Below are positions 22,201 to 30,937 of a stretch of 64,000 nucleotides of DNA, piece after piece. A program made the position numbers and the translations under genes. Numbering within the stretch: position 1 is the first letter of the stretch; each line of letters starts with the position of its first letter. The notes under the pieces are model-generated. The model was not told where the DNA came from, did no database searches, and was given only the letters and a program-made list of their open reading frames with translations. This DNA comes from a virus (Duplodnaviria > Caudoviricetes): the IMG/VR virus record IMGVR_UViG_3300032239_001501, positions 101,510-165,509 of that record; one strand, written 5' to 3'.

Positions 22201-22344
22201 TCTAAAACATCAGGGTCATTTTCATCGGCAGGTGTTTTAACAGATGCTAAATTTTCATATAGTAAACCTACACAATTACCTTATTCAATTGATGGAATTA
22301 ACTCTAAATGGCAAATTCAATTAGGACTTAGATATAATTTTTAA
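19282..22344 (+). CDS. TonB-dependent receptor (Oar-like, with N-terminal carboxypeptidase-regulatory-like domain)
   Basis: Signal peptide, plug motif GGSINAITRSGTN, ISPRLGFNY, C-terminal beta-signal LGLRYNF. Confidence 0.9.
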   Translation: MIKKLILFLFLPIFSFSQITTSELNGRVKEKTGNIVPHTSIQIIYVPTGTKYSSSADDKGIYHFYNASVGGPYIIKATSVGFKPFQKEDVFLTLGQNNDLNIVLEEENKQLKEVIVTTTKSLKNSSGMFISEDRVKSVPILSRSITDITKLVPQSVNNSFAGTNFRYNNVTIDGTINNDVIGFSPSLGGQGNTSGMPGSSTRTSPISIDAIKDIQVYIAPFDVKVGNFLGGSINAITRSGTNKVEGSVYTFGKNSSLAGFDNTKGFQDGQYGFRVGLPLIKNKLFFFTNEEVTDRTEPVQYNANGRGLISDSLANVISTFVKTKYGFNVGNYDDYTIYSRSKKYFNRLDWNINNHNQLTLRNNTTTSEATNLERDLTNFRFSSMDFKQNNTQSSTVMELRSHYGKKSNSLILGYTDIHDYRTPLSGNFAFPQTEIAYNGGTIFLGNEREATVFNLKQKTKELTDNFNFTLGKHSLLIGTHNEFYDIDYGFVNSWNGRVSYKSVADFLSSNVNRVRGFYSTINNDRDYIFNNPYAQFKVNLLSGYVQDEINFGKLKITPGIRYDYAQLPNKPSLSSQAAAGYTNDYLNNGVISPRLGFNYDVNGDKSLIVRGGSGVFVGRIPFAWIGYAFYNDGIGFGSFDVNNVAGKNVGDVLTTPAKQFAFNNGQSNLVQTDLIANGFKMPKVWRSNLAIDKTISGYKLTLEGLYTQVITDLMFQQINFKTDEANYGFFSYDTKHQMPIYNGVKINSKLSNAYALSNTDKGYRYQGTISLTKKYKFGLDVYGAYTYGISKDITNGIRNSMESNWQLNQSLTPNNPQLAYSNFDIRHRIISQITKKIKSTSVSFVLNSQSGIPFTWGLVNSTIAGTPQSAGLAYIFKDLTEATKYIPTAGQAQSFMDYVNSNSYLSSRKGNFTERNGGRTPWSTTIDTRLTQNVGKHLQLTADIFNLTNLINNEWGNIYFVSNTFNSTSSVGLSKTSGSFSSAGVLTDAKFSYSKPTQLPYSIDGINSKWQIQLGLRYNF

Positions 22345-22366
22345 TTAAAATAATACAATGTATTTT

Positions 22367-22394
22367 TCCCCCCTCCTAAGACGAGGGGTTTTTT
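22367..22394 (+). terminator. Intrinsic terminator
   Basis: cccctc-ctaagac-gagggg hairpin followed by a T tract. Confidence 0.7.
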
Positions 22395-22422
22395 ATTTCA
22401 TTTATTTTATTATCATTACAAA

Positions 22423-22773
22423 ATGAATAAGATATTATCAATATTATTTATCTTATTTGTTTATTTAGTGTCTCAAGTTTTCACATATTACCAATTACAA
22501 GGACATCTCTTTAACAAATGGATAAAAGATCACCCAATGATTATGGTCATATTAGGGATTCCTATAGGGTATTACGTCGTTATTGCAAGTAGAACGATGG
22601 TTGACCTATGGGACGGCCAAACATGGCCAAATCGTCTAATAGGGTTTAGTTTTGGTGTTATAGTTTTTACCATAATGTCTTGGTTATTACTTAAAGAACC
22701 TTTAACATTAAAAACAATGGTTTGTTTATTTTTGTGTTTGATTATTTTATTAATACAATTCCTTTGGAAGTAA
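22423..22773 (+). CDS. Small 4-TM membrane protein (DMT-like)
   Basis: Four hydrophobic segments and LLKEPL motif. Confidence 0.55.
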   Translation: MNKILSILFILFVYLVSQVFTYYQLQGHLFNKWIKDHPMIMVILGIPIGYYVVIASRTMVDLWDGQTWPNRLIGFSFGVIVFTIMSWLLLKEPLTLKTMVCLFLCLIILLIQFLWK

Positions 22774-22794
22774 GTTATTGATATATTTATTTGT

Positions 22795-24279
22795 ATGAAA
22801 TTAATATCAATCCTTGTTAAAGAAGGTAGAAAAGAAGATTTAAGGAAAAAATATTTAGATAAGTTTGGTACTGATATATTAGATTTTGTGTTGGGTATTT
22901 CCGATTTACAAGATTTTAATCACAAATACACTGACTTTATTTTAAAGGCGTTAGACCCAAATTCAGATATTGATATGAATGTTGAGATTGCTGTTGGGTT
23001 AGTAAAAGATTTTGACAAATACCAATCTCAATTAAAAAAGAAAGACATTAATCAATACAATAGTTTTACTGAATTAGAAACCGCATTAAAACCTTTCATA
23101 GAAAAAGAGAAAGAAAAAGAATTAGAAAAACAAGCCAACAAAATTTACGAAGATAATAAGTTTTTAGTTATAAAACCAGAAACTGAAGAAGCTTCCTGTA
23201 AGTATGGTTCCAACACAAAATGGTGTGTCACTTCAAAAGGTTCAGGACATTTTGGAAGATATACTCAAGGTAGACAAGCCCTTTATTTTATCATTAATAA
23301 AGCAAATTCCACAAATCAAAACTATTCCAAAGTTGCCGTCCATTTTGACAATTCTGGTAATAAAAGATATTGGGATACCCAAGATTCTCCTTTAAGTCCA
23401 AGAGAAACTGATATTCTTGAATATGCCTTTCCCGATATTATTGATGCAATTAAAAAAGATTATGAAAAAGTTAGAATAACCGCTGATAAAATATTAGCAG
23501 AAACTTTTAATTCAATGGGAGAATCCTCCGCAACAAATAAAGATTATTTAAATTCAATTTATGATTTAGAAACATTCGTAACAGGATTTGAAAATAATTC
23601 TGATATAGGTTTTGGACATTCTGAAGGGTTTTTAACAATATCATTACACTCAGTTAAAGAAAGTAAATTAATTGATGAATATCAAGTTTTTATCACATAC
23701 AAATCTGTAGATGATAGAACATTTACAGCAAGTATAGGATTTATGGCAAACTATGAATCATCAAGTGATGATTTTGAAGACCTTGGACTTGAGGGGTGGG
23801 GAATTGATTCAACATATGTTTTAAGTAATAGTCCTGCAGAAACTGCTGAAGATGTTAGAGAACACATAGCCCATAGAGTATTAGACCATATTAAAAATAA
23901 TCCAAAACTTCTTCAAAAAGTTGTTGGGTCAAAAACGGTTTGGAAATCAAGATATGGTTATACTTTTGGTAAAAATAAAGGAATGATTAAAAAATTAGTT
24001 GATTATTTAGATGCCGGATATGATAATGGAACAAAATTAGATTTTTTAGAATATATTGGTACTTTTAAATCAAGAGTAGTTGATGGTAAAAAAGAATATG
24101 CTAGATCAGGAACGAATGAATTTTTAAATCCAAATAGGTGGAAAGGTCAATATGCATCATTCTTTTCTGCTGCTGTTTTATCAGGTATTATTCAATATCA
24201 AAAAGATGGAAGACGTTTTATTATAAAACCTGGTCCAAATTTTGAGGCATTTAAAAAAGGTGAATTAAAAGCTCTTTAA
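22795..24279 (+). CDS. Hypothetical protein with ASxKYGxxTKWC domain
   Basis: Paralogous domain in 56601-57569. Confidence 0.65.
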   Translation: MKLISILVKEGRKEDLRKKYLDKFGTDILDFVLGISDLQDFNHKYTDFILKALDPNSDIDMNVEIAVGLVKDFDKYQSQLKKKDINQYNSFTELETALKPFIEKEKEKELEKQANKIYEDNKFLVIKPETEEASCKYGSNTKWCVTSKGSGHFGRYTQGRQALYFIINKANSTNQNYSKVAVHFDNSGNKRYWDTQDSPLSPRETDILEYAFPDIIDAIKKDYEKVRITADKILAETFNSMGESSATNKDYLNSIYDLETFVTGFENNSDIGFGHSEGFLTISLHSVKESKLIDEYQVFITYKSVDDRTFTASIGFMANYESSSDDFEDLGLEGWGIDSTYVLSNSPAETAEDVREHIAHRVLDHIKNNPKLLQKVVGSKTVWKSRYGYTFGKNKGMIKKLVDYLDAGYDNGTKLDFLEYIGTFKSRVVDGKKEYARSGTNEFLNPNRWKGQYASFFSAAVLSGIIQYQKDGRRFIIKPGPNFEAFKKGELKAL

Positions 24280-24503
24280 TTTCTTTTAGATAATCTGCGA
24301 AAGTAGATATACAATCCAAAGAAAACCGCCGCAATACAATACAAGACGAAGTTCGCTTTCCATAAACTTCCTGTCAGTAATATTAGGGAATATTGAACGG
24401 CATCGAACCCAAAAGGATTGAAGAATAGTGCTAACATTAAAAATATTTGTGAAAGATTGTCTTGAAATGAACTTCTCCACGTTTTTCTGTTTATCTCCAT
24501 CAT
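24276..24503 (-). CDS. Small membrane protein
   Basis: Two hydrophobic helices; FFNPFGFD motif. Confidence 0.5.
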   Translation of the reverse strand: MMEINRKTWRSSFQDNLSQIFLMLALFFNPFGFDAVQYSLILLTGSLWKANFVLYCIAAVFFGLYIYFRRLSKRN

Positions 24504-24576
24504 TCATATTCCCTCATTTAAAATTTATGTCAAAAATTGACTTTGTATTTTAATATAAATATCTTATCTTTATATT

Positions 24577-25170
24577 ATGGCAAAATGTGATAGACATATT
24601 TGGGATACACAAGATAAAGAATGGTGTTGGAAATGTGATGAACTTACTGATAAAGAACGTATGCAAAATACAAAAAAAATTAAAGTAATATTTTTAGATA
24701 TAGACGGTGTATTGGCGACTAATAAAGAGTATTCAACAAACAGAACCAAATTTAGAGAAAAATATTCTTGGGCTAAAGAGTTGAGAGTTCCTTATGGGTG
24801 GAATAAAGGTTGTGTTGAAGTCTTTAATGAGATATTAGACGCAACAAATGCTGATATTGTAATTAGTTCAGATTGGAGATTTCATTGGGATTTAGATGAG
24901 TTAGATAAAATATTTAAAGCAAATGGAGTTAAAAAATCACCAATATTTGGTACTATTAAGAATAAAAGAAAAATGAGTTCTGATTTAGAGGATGATAGAG
25001 TTTACCAAATTAGTGAATGGGTTAAGTTTAATAAACCTGAAAAATGGGTGGCAATTGATGATATGAATTTGAATAGTTTGGGTCCTAATTTTTTTAGAAC
25101 AAAAGATTCTGAAGGTTTAAAACAAACAGGATTAAAAAATAAAATCATAAACACATTAAATGATGTCTAA
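24577..25170 (+). CDS. HAD-family phosphatase (Swiss-Army-knife RNA-repair type)
   Basis: FLDIDGVL, ISSDWR and WVAIDD motifs. Confidence 0.8.
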   Translation: MAKCDRHIWDTQDKEWCWKCDELTDKERMQNTKKIKVIFLDIDGVLATNKEYSTNRTKFREKYSWAKELRVPYGWNKGCVEVFNEILDATNADIVISSDWRFHWDLDELDKIFKANGVKKSPIFGTIKNKRKMSSDLEDDRVYQISEWVKFNKPEKWVAIDDMNLNSLGPNFFRTKDSEGLKQTGLKNKIINTLNDV

Positions 25171-25354
25171 CATAAAAATATGTGATATAGTTAAAAATAG
25201 ATACTCAGGAGTTGCTCCTGAAGGATTTGTTTTACTTCTTGATAAAACAATTGAAGATTTACAAGATTTTGAAATTTGGAAAGAATGGAAAAATAAAATT
25301 ATTGAATTAGATTTAAAAAACAGAGTTGAAATGGAAGAAAATAAAAAATCTTAA
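25160..25354 (+). CDS. Hypothetical protein
   Basis: 64-aa ORF overlapping the upstream stop. Confidence 0.5.
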   Translation: MMSNIKICDIVKNRYSGVAPEGFVLLLDKTIEDLQDFEIWKEWKNKIIELDLKNRVEMEENKKS

Positions 25355-25362
25355 GTTTCAAA

Positions 25363-25442
25363 ATGGTCAAACTGGTGGTAATCGCCTGCAGCGGTGAAAG
25401 GAAGTGCACTCCGAGGTATAACATCCCGCCAGTCCCTGACCA
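25363..25442. ncRNA. Unassigned GC-rich structured RNA
   Basis: Nested helices TGGTCA/TGACCA and ACTGGTGG/CCGCCAGT in an AT-rich intergenic gap. Confidence 0.45.
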
Positions 25443-25473
25443 CATAATTCAAATTTTAAGATAATTATTCAAT

Positions 25474-25848
25474 ATGAGTTATAAAGTATTCACCAAAAAA
25501 CCCGTTAAGAGGCATTTAATAAAAACAATAAGTTATAGTATTATTACCATATGTATTGGATTATTTTCAATGTGGTACATTACAGGTAATATAATAATAG
25601 GTATTTCATTTGGTTTTGCAGAAATAATATTAAAACCTATAATATATTATTTTCATGAAAAAATATGGTATAATTGGTTTAAATTTGGATTAATTGAAGA
25701 AAAAATTCATAAAGTAAAAAAAGTTCAATTAAATGAAGTTGAAACTAAAGTAATAAACGAAATTCAATTAGAAACATTTACTAAAAAACCGACAAATTTA
25801 GTTCAACCCACAGGAAAAAAAGTATTGAATTATTCATCAAATAGATAA
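25474..25848 (+). CDS. DUF2061-like membrane protein
   Basis: RHLIKTISY...IYYFHEKIW. Confidence 0.7.
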   Translation: MSYKVFTKKPVKRHLIKTISYSIITICIGLFSMWYITGNIIIGISFGFAEIILKPIIYYFHEKIWYNWFKFGLIEEKIHKVKKVQLNEVETKVINEIQLETFTKKPTNLVQPTGKKVLNYSSNR

Positions 25849-25896
25849 ACCGAGGAAACTCGGTTTTTTTTATTTTAATTTAAGATATTTATTAAC

Positions 25897-27132
25897 ATGA
25901 GTGAAATAAAAAAAATTAATGAAACTTACGATATACTCTCAGATTTAAAAAGAGATTTTATTAAAGATTTTGTATCGGAAGCTGTTTTTTCCAATCCTGT
26001 TCCTATCCCTTCGGGATTTAAAGGTAATTTTGGAGAAAAAAGACAAAATGAAGTTCATCCTGGAACTGATATACCTGTTCCAAGTGGAACAGAGATTAAA
26101 GCTCCTGCGGACGGTGTTATTGTTGGTGCAATTGCAAATCAACACCCATGTGGAGGAACATTAGATATTGATTACGGAAATGGATTTTGGAGTAGATTTT
26201 GTCACGTAAAAAGAATTGATGTGAAAAATGGGGATAAAGTATCTCAAGGTCAAGTGGTTGGATTAACAGGGGGTGGATTAAATGATTTTGGTAGAGGTAA
26301 TTCACAAGGTCCCCATTTACATTTTACTTTAAAAAAAGATGGTCAAACAGTAGACCCTATCCAATATATGGGTAAGTTTGATTTAGGAAATCAAAAACTA
26401 TCAGATATTAAACCATCAACTGATAATGCGACTGATGATACAACAACTAGTGGTACAACAACTAGTTCCCCTGAAGATGATATTGAATTTAAATTTTTAA
26501 CTCAAATGGCATCTAAAATGGGATTAAAAGAAGAAAAAATATACTCAAAATTAGGTAATAAAACTTCAAGTAGATTTGGATCTATTATAATCCCAAATAC
26601 AGATAACCCAACAATAAAATCTCCTGTTAATGGAGTAATCAATAATTATCATTTTGAAAGTTCTTGTCCAAATCAAATAACCGTTCAACATTATATTAAT
26701 GATAAAATACATTATTTACAATTTTGTGGTATATCTGATACTATAATTAAAGATGGTAGAAGAGTATCTAAAGGTGATGTTTTAGGAAAAACGTCTTCTG
26801 ATGTAACAGTTTCATTATATGATAAATCATGGAGTAGATTGAATTTACCAACAATGTTAGATAAAGAAATTAATAAAAAAGAAAATTATACGAATATTAT
26901 TCCAAATAAAAAGAAAGAAAACGAAAAATATAAAAAAGAAACTGAATATTACGATCCAATTTATCCATGGCTAGGTAAAAAAATACTTGCGATAGGTAAA
27001 AAAATACAAGATAAAATACCATCAATGACTAAAGGGGAAGAACCTAAAGTTAAAAACTTTTTTAAAAAAAATGGTATGACTAATGAAAAAGTGAATGAAA
27101 ACATAGATAGAATTAAAAAATTATTAAAATAA
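25897..27132 (+). CDS. M23 peptidase (peptidoglycan hydrolase) with a second degenerate M23-like domain
   Basis: HPGTD and GPHLHF motifs; the second repeat IKSPVNG...VSKGDVLG lacks the metal ligands. Confidence 0.85.
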   Translation: MSEIKKINETYDILSDLKRDFIKDFVSEAVFSNPVPIPSGFKGNFGEKRQNEVHPGTDIPVPSGTEIKAPADGVIVGAIANQHPCGGTLDIDYGNGFWSRFCHVKRIDVKNGDKVSQGQVVGLTGGGLNDFGRGNSQGPHLHFTLKKDGQTVDPIQYMGKFDLGNQKLSDIKPSTDNATDDTTTSGTTTSSPEDDIEFKFLTQMASKMGLKEEKIYSKLGNKTSSRFGSIIIPNTDNPTIKSPVNGVINNYHFESSCPNQITVQHYINDKIHYLQFCGISDTIIKDGRRVSKGDVLGKTSSDVTVSLYDKSWSRLNLPTMLDKEINKKENYTNIIPNKKKENEKYKKETEYYDPIYPWLGKKILAIGKKIQDKIPSMTKGEEPKVKNFFKKNGMTNEKVNENIDRIKKLLK

Positions 27133-27180
27133 AAAAAACCCATCGTAAGATGGGTTTTCTTCATTAAAGAAAAAGTTATA

Positions 27181-27354
27181 TTATTTAACTTCTACTGCTT
27201 TTTCAGCTTTTGCGGAATCTACTTTAACTACAGCAGAATCCTTTTTAGTTGAATCTACTACTACAGCAGAAGAATCAGATTTTACTTCAGTTGATACTCC
27301 GCCTCCGCAAGACGCTAATGCTACGATTGCAAATAATGCTACGATTTTTTTCAT
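27181..27354 (-). CDS. Small lipoprotein (57 aa, not in the ORF track)
   Basis: MKKIVALFAIVALASCGGG lipobox followed by DSSAVVDS repeats typical of Bacteroidota. Confidence 0.75.
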   Translation of the reverse strand: MKKIVALFAIVALASCGGGVSTEVKSDSSAVVVDSTKKDSAVVKVDSAKAEKAVEVK

Positions 27355-27443
27355 GTTTTTTTGTTTTTTTAATTTAATGTTTTTAAACTTAATTTACTAT
27401 AAATGTATTAAATAAGATTTAAATAGTCAAATTTTATTCTAAA

Positions 27444-27905
27444 TTATTTTAAGAATCTTAATTTGTATAATGTTGAAAAAATTAACTCTTGAACTCCGTC
27501 AATTTGGTTTTGAATATAAGATTCTTTAATTCCCTTTCTATTTTTTTCTACATTATTATCTAAATCTCTAAAGTAACTTATCAATTGTTCCGTTGATTTA
27601 TAATCAACCATTTGAACTGTTTTGTATCCTGTTATTATTTCATATTTTCCTTGATAACTTTCAACTATACCATCAATTAATTCAACTATTTCATCATAAT
27701 AAGTTCCTAATGCCATATGTTCTGCAAATGATGATTGTGATTTTGTTTGCCAATGAAAAATATGAGCCTGACTTCTTGAGTGAAGTAATGTTGCAATCAT
27801 ATCAACAACATCTCCTGTTTCATTTTTTTCTCTTTTAGTTTCTACCTCATTCAAGTTCATTGCTCTGAATAATTGCTCTTTAGTTAGTGTTAGTTTTTTT
27901 TCCAT
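27444..27905 (-). CDS. Ferritin/Dps-like protein (DUF5856-like)
   Basis: HIFHWQT...FAEHMALGTYYD...DGIVESYQG. Confidence 0.7.
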   Translation of the reverse strand: MEKKLTLTKEQLFRAMNLNEVETKREKNETGDVVDMIATLLHSRSQAHIFHWQTKSQSSFAEHMALGTYYDEIVELIDGIVESYQGKYEIITGYKTVQMVDYKSTEQLISYFRDLDNNVEKNRKGIKESYIQNQIDGVQELIFSTLYKLRFLK

Positions 27906-28001
27906 ACATATAAATATCAAAGAAACCAATAAAATAATATAATAAAATTGTCCACCACAACTATGTTATGATGGCCAATTTAAAATTATTATTATTATTA
28001 T

Positions 28002-28961
28002 TTATAAAATTCCTAAAAATTTCTTATTTTTTAAAGATATATTACTTTCTCCGATTTTAAATCCGTTTTCGTATATTTTTATCTTATAAACACCATCAAC
28101 ATATTTTTCATTTAAATTAATATCAAATGAGAAATTTTGGATTAACCCTTGTCTATAATCAAGATCAGTTTTTATAGTATATTCTTTTTCTCCATCTTCT
28201 CTACTAACAAATAATCCTGATATAGATTTATCAAAAATAACACTATTTGAAGGATTAACCACAATAATATAAATTTCTTTTTTACCACTATTAGATATTT
28301 TATTCTCATTAACATTAAATGATAATTTTAATTTATCTATTTTTTGAGATTTATCTGTATTTTTTTCTTTTTTATTGTGTTTAATATTAATTCCATTAAG
28401 AATTATATCTGAAACTGAAAGAGTACTTCCAATATCAACTTTATGTTCTGCAATTTTCTTTTCTTCTTCTGTTTTTAATAAAACTTTTTCAATTTCATTT
28501 TTTTGAATAATAAGAATTTCTTTTTCTTTTGATAATTTACTATTTTCAAGTTTTAATTGCTCGTTTTCTTTAATGTAATCACTTATCATTTCATTAAGTT
28601 TCTTTATTAATTTACGAGCTTTAGATAATTCCGTATTTGTTAATTTTTGTTTATGTATTATTTTTTTAATACGGTTCTTCAAAGAATTTAATTCCTTTGT
28701 TTTTGTTTTAACAATACTATCTAAACCAGAATTTTGACTAGTTAGATAATTTAACTTTAAAATAGATTCATCGTATTGCAATTGCAACACATCTTTAGAA
28801 GAATCTAATTGGAGATACTGTATCTCTTTTTCGTGAATTATATTGGTACTTTTATTATTAGAATAATAAATGTATCCAAAAGATAATAACAATAATACTA
28901 CTAAAATACCATAAACAACTTTATGGTTTAAATTTGACACTTTTTCCGAAAATTTTGACAT
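28002..28961 (-). CDS. Membrane-anchored coiled-coil protein
   Basis: N-terminal TM helix, long coiled coil, C-terminal beta-rich domain. Confidence 0.65.
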   Translation of the reverse strand: MSKFSEKVSNLNHKVVYGILVVLLLLSFGYIYYSNNKSTNIIHEKEIQYLQLDSSKDVLQLQYDESILKLNYLTSQNSGLDSIVKTKTKELNSLKNRIKKIIHKQKLTNTELSKARKLIKKLNEMISDYIKENEQLKLENSKLSKEKEILIIQKNEIEKVLLKTEEEKKIAEHKVDIGSTLSVSDIILNGINIKHNKKEKNTDKSQKIDKLKLSFNVNENKISNSGKKEIYIIVVNPSNSVIFDKSISGLFVSREDGEKEYTIKTDLDYRQGLIQNFSFDINLNEKYVDGVYKIKIYENGFKIGESNISLKNKKFLGIL

Positions 28962-29060
28962 AATTGGTTTTTTTAATTTTTATGTTTTTGTATTAAACAA
29001 AAACTAATATAATAAATACTATTAAATTATTTATAATCAATTTTGTCGTTTTCATAAACT

Positions 29061-29705
29061 TTATTTATTCAATCTATTATTAATAATCTCACAATACTTT
29101 TCATCAATTTCATAACTAATTGAATCAAATCCCAAATCACTTGCAACTTTACTTGTTGTTCCACTACCACCAAAGACATCAATTATTATTTGATTTTCTT
29201 TAGCTGTAGTCAATATTATTTTTTTAATTAATTCCTCAGGTATTTGACAAGGATGTTCAGTTTTTTCTTTACTAACATTCTTAACCTGATTTACCTCCCA
29301 CCAATCATATAGTTTTGCCCCTGTCTTACCTTCAGCAATTCTGGCTTGAATTCTTTTATCTTTTAAGTTCTTATATTCTTGTCTAACCTTTCTAAAATCA
29401 GGTTTACATCCCCACCAACTAATCAATCTACTTTGTTTTCCGGTATTTGAATTGTATACCCAACAAACCACTTGTTCACATTTTACTTTTAATGCTTTTG
29501 GTAGCAAATTAATTGTTTCTTCGGGATAATGAATTATTACACAGGGTGTTGGGATTTTTGAGAGTAGTTCAATATAATCTTCTTCACTCATTGTATCTTT
29601 ATATTCATTATATGAATATCCTTGATTGTATGGTGGATCGGTGATAACCAATCCATCAGGTATTTCACATTCTCTAAAATCTTTATTTATAATTTCTTTC
29701 TTCAT
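29061..29705 (-). CDS. N4/N6 DNA methyltransferase (beta class)
   Basis: TDPPY, HPCQIP and DVFGGSGTT motifs. Confidence 0.9.
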   Translation of the reverse strand: MKKEIINKDFRECEIPDGLVITDPPYNQGYSYNEYKDTMSEEDYIELLSKIPTPCVIIHYPEETINLLPKALKVKCEQVVCWVYNSNTGKQSRLISWWGCKPDFRKVRQEYKNLKDKRIQARIAEGKTGAKLYDWWEVNQVKNVSKEKTEHPCQIPEELIKKIILTTAKENQIIIDVFGGSGTTSKVASDLGFDSISYEIDEKYCEIINNRLNK

Positions 29706-29722
29706 TATTAATATTTAAAAAA

Positions 29723-29846
29723 GCGGAAAGGGGAAGATGGTTGAGTGGACATCCCCTTTTACGATTGGCATTACTAAAGTGGTTTCAACTCCAATATGTT
29801 CGGCCATACCACCACCAGGTTAACACATATTATTCCCCAATCAACC
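29723..29846 (-). ncRNA. Unassigned pseudoknot-capable RNA after tRNA-Trp
   Basis: Pairings GGUUGA/UCAACC, GAUUGG/CCAAUC, AAUAUGU/ACAUAUU and AAAGGGGA/UCCCCUUU. Confidence 0.45.
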
Positions 29847-29851
29847 TTTTG

Positions 29852-29922
29852 CACGCATATCCCGATTTGAACAGGAACGAAATCTTTTGGAGAGATTCAT
29901 GCTACCGTTACATCATACACGC
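29852..29922 (-). tRNA. tRNA-Trp(CCA)
   Basis: Cloverleaf; anticodon arm AAUCU-CUCCAAA-AGAUU; no encoded CCA end. Confidence 0.85.
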
Positions 29923-29935
29923 ATTTATTTTTTTG

Positions 29936-30007
29936 CGTCCCCTCAAGGATTTGAACCTTGGACCCTCTCGTTAACAGCGAGACACTCTACCACTGAGCTA
30001 AGGAGAC
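29936..30007 (-). tRNA. tRNA-Asn(GUU)
   Basis: Anticodon arm UCUCG-CUGUUAA-CGAGA; T loop UUCAAAU. Confidence 0.9.
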
Positions 30008-30019
30008 GTTCTGTTCTCA

Positions 30020-30139
30020 TTATTTTTTTATAATCCCCGCCTTAATAAGAAACTTACGAGCAGATTTTTTATTTTTGCAAACCCTTTTAGTTAATATTCT
30101 AATTGCTTTAACTTGTTCGTCAATTTCTTTTTTTCTCAT
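30020..30139 (-). CDS. Small basic hypothetical protein
   Basis: MRKKEIDEQVKAIR...; the longer ORF call overlaps tRNA-Cys. Confidence 0.4.
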   Translation of the reverse strand: MRKKEIDEQVKAIRILTKRVCKNKKSARKFLIKAGIIKK

Positions 30140-30140
30140 G

Positions 30141-30211
30141 AGGTCAGTACAGGATTCGAACCTGTGTGAAATCTTTTGCAGAGATTCATATAACCACTCT
30201 AACAACTGACC
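30141..30211 (-). tRNA. tRNA-Cys(GCA)
   Basis: Anticodon arm AAUCU-CUGCAAA-AGAUU; U73 discriminator. Confidence 0.9.
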
Positions 30212-30216
30212 ATACC

Positions 30217-30435
30217 TTAATGGGTTCCATTTGTTAATGAAATCCCATGTCTTATTCCCGTGATAAAATCTTCAATTTCATTCTCAGTCATATCTTTATA
30301 TTTATGTCCAACAGTATATCCGATCTCATTTCCACAATCACTTAAATCACCTTCATATATTGTTACATTTGCTTTCTTGGTCAAAGATAATCCAATCCAA
30401 GATAAATCCTCACTATTAAATGTTCTTTCCATCAT
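30217..30435 (-). CDS. Hypothetical protein
   Basis: 72-aa ORF inside the tRNA array. Confidence 0.5.
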   Translation of the reverse strand: MMERTFNSEDLSWIGLSLTKKANVTIYEGDLSDCGNEIGYTVGHKYKDMTENEIEDFITGIRHGISLTNGTH

Positions 30436-30443
30436 AATTTGTT

Positions 30444-30677
30444 TTATTCAACCATATCAAAATTAAGATTATTGTCCGACATTAACTCACGAAGTTCCTC
30501 TCTAATTTCTTGATATGCGTCGTACTTATCCTGAGGTAAACCATCAGGAGCATATTTGGTCTTAGACCTTAAAGACTGGTCCAATTCCCACAATACAGAC
30601 CAAAATTTGGTTCCACTTGTTGCCAATAAAAATTCCTGATTATCATCAGGCAAATTAAATTCCAAAATTGCTTTCAT
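30444..30677 (-). CDS. Small phage hypothetical protein
   Basis: MKAILEFNLPDD...LWELDQSLRSKTKY; 77 aa. Confidence 0.65.
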   Translation of the reverse strand: MKAILEFNLPDDNQEFLLATSGTKFWSVLWELDQSLRSKTKYAPDGLPQDKYDAYQEIREELRELMSDNNLNFDMVE

Positions 30678-30692
30678 AATACATACTTTTTG

Positions 30693-30862
30693 TAGTCAGG
30701 ACAGGAATCGAACCTGTATGCCATTTGTGGTTTTCTCTTCAATTTACTGTTGCAACAGTACCACAAGCGTTTTGCCACTCCTGTATGATGTCCGCTTACG
30801 TCTATCATACAATATCAACCTTGCGAGTTAATGTGCGCGTCTACCAATTCCGCCACCTGACT
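30693..30862 (-). ncRNA. tRNA-Leu-like shell with a multi-hairpin insert replacing the anticodon/variable arms
   Basis: AGUCAGG/CCUGACU+A acceptor, GCGGAAUUGGUAGACGC D arm, ACAGG-UUCGAUU-CCUGU T arm; 170 nt total. Confidence 0.8.
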
Positions 30863-30937
30863 ATTTACCCCACTTCACCAGCTTAACGGACTGGCTGCCA
30901 TATGGGAGTGGGGGTTTCCCGTTATTTCGGGACTCCG

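Noticed and set aside
25363-25442. SAM-I riboswitch, SRP RNA or RNase P RNA
   Set aside because: Only short motif resemblances (e.g. AGGGACUGG on the minus strand); core elements missing, so left unassigned
30693-30862. Group I intron in tRNA-Leu
   Set aside because: Insert is only ~100 nt, no P7 core is recognisable, and no anticodon stem can be rebuilt from the flanks
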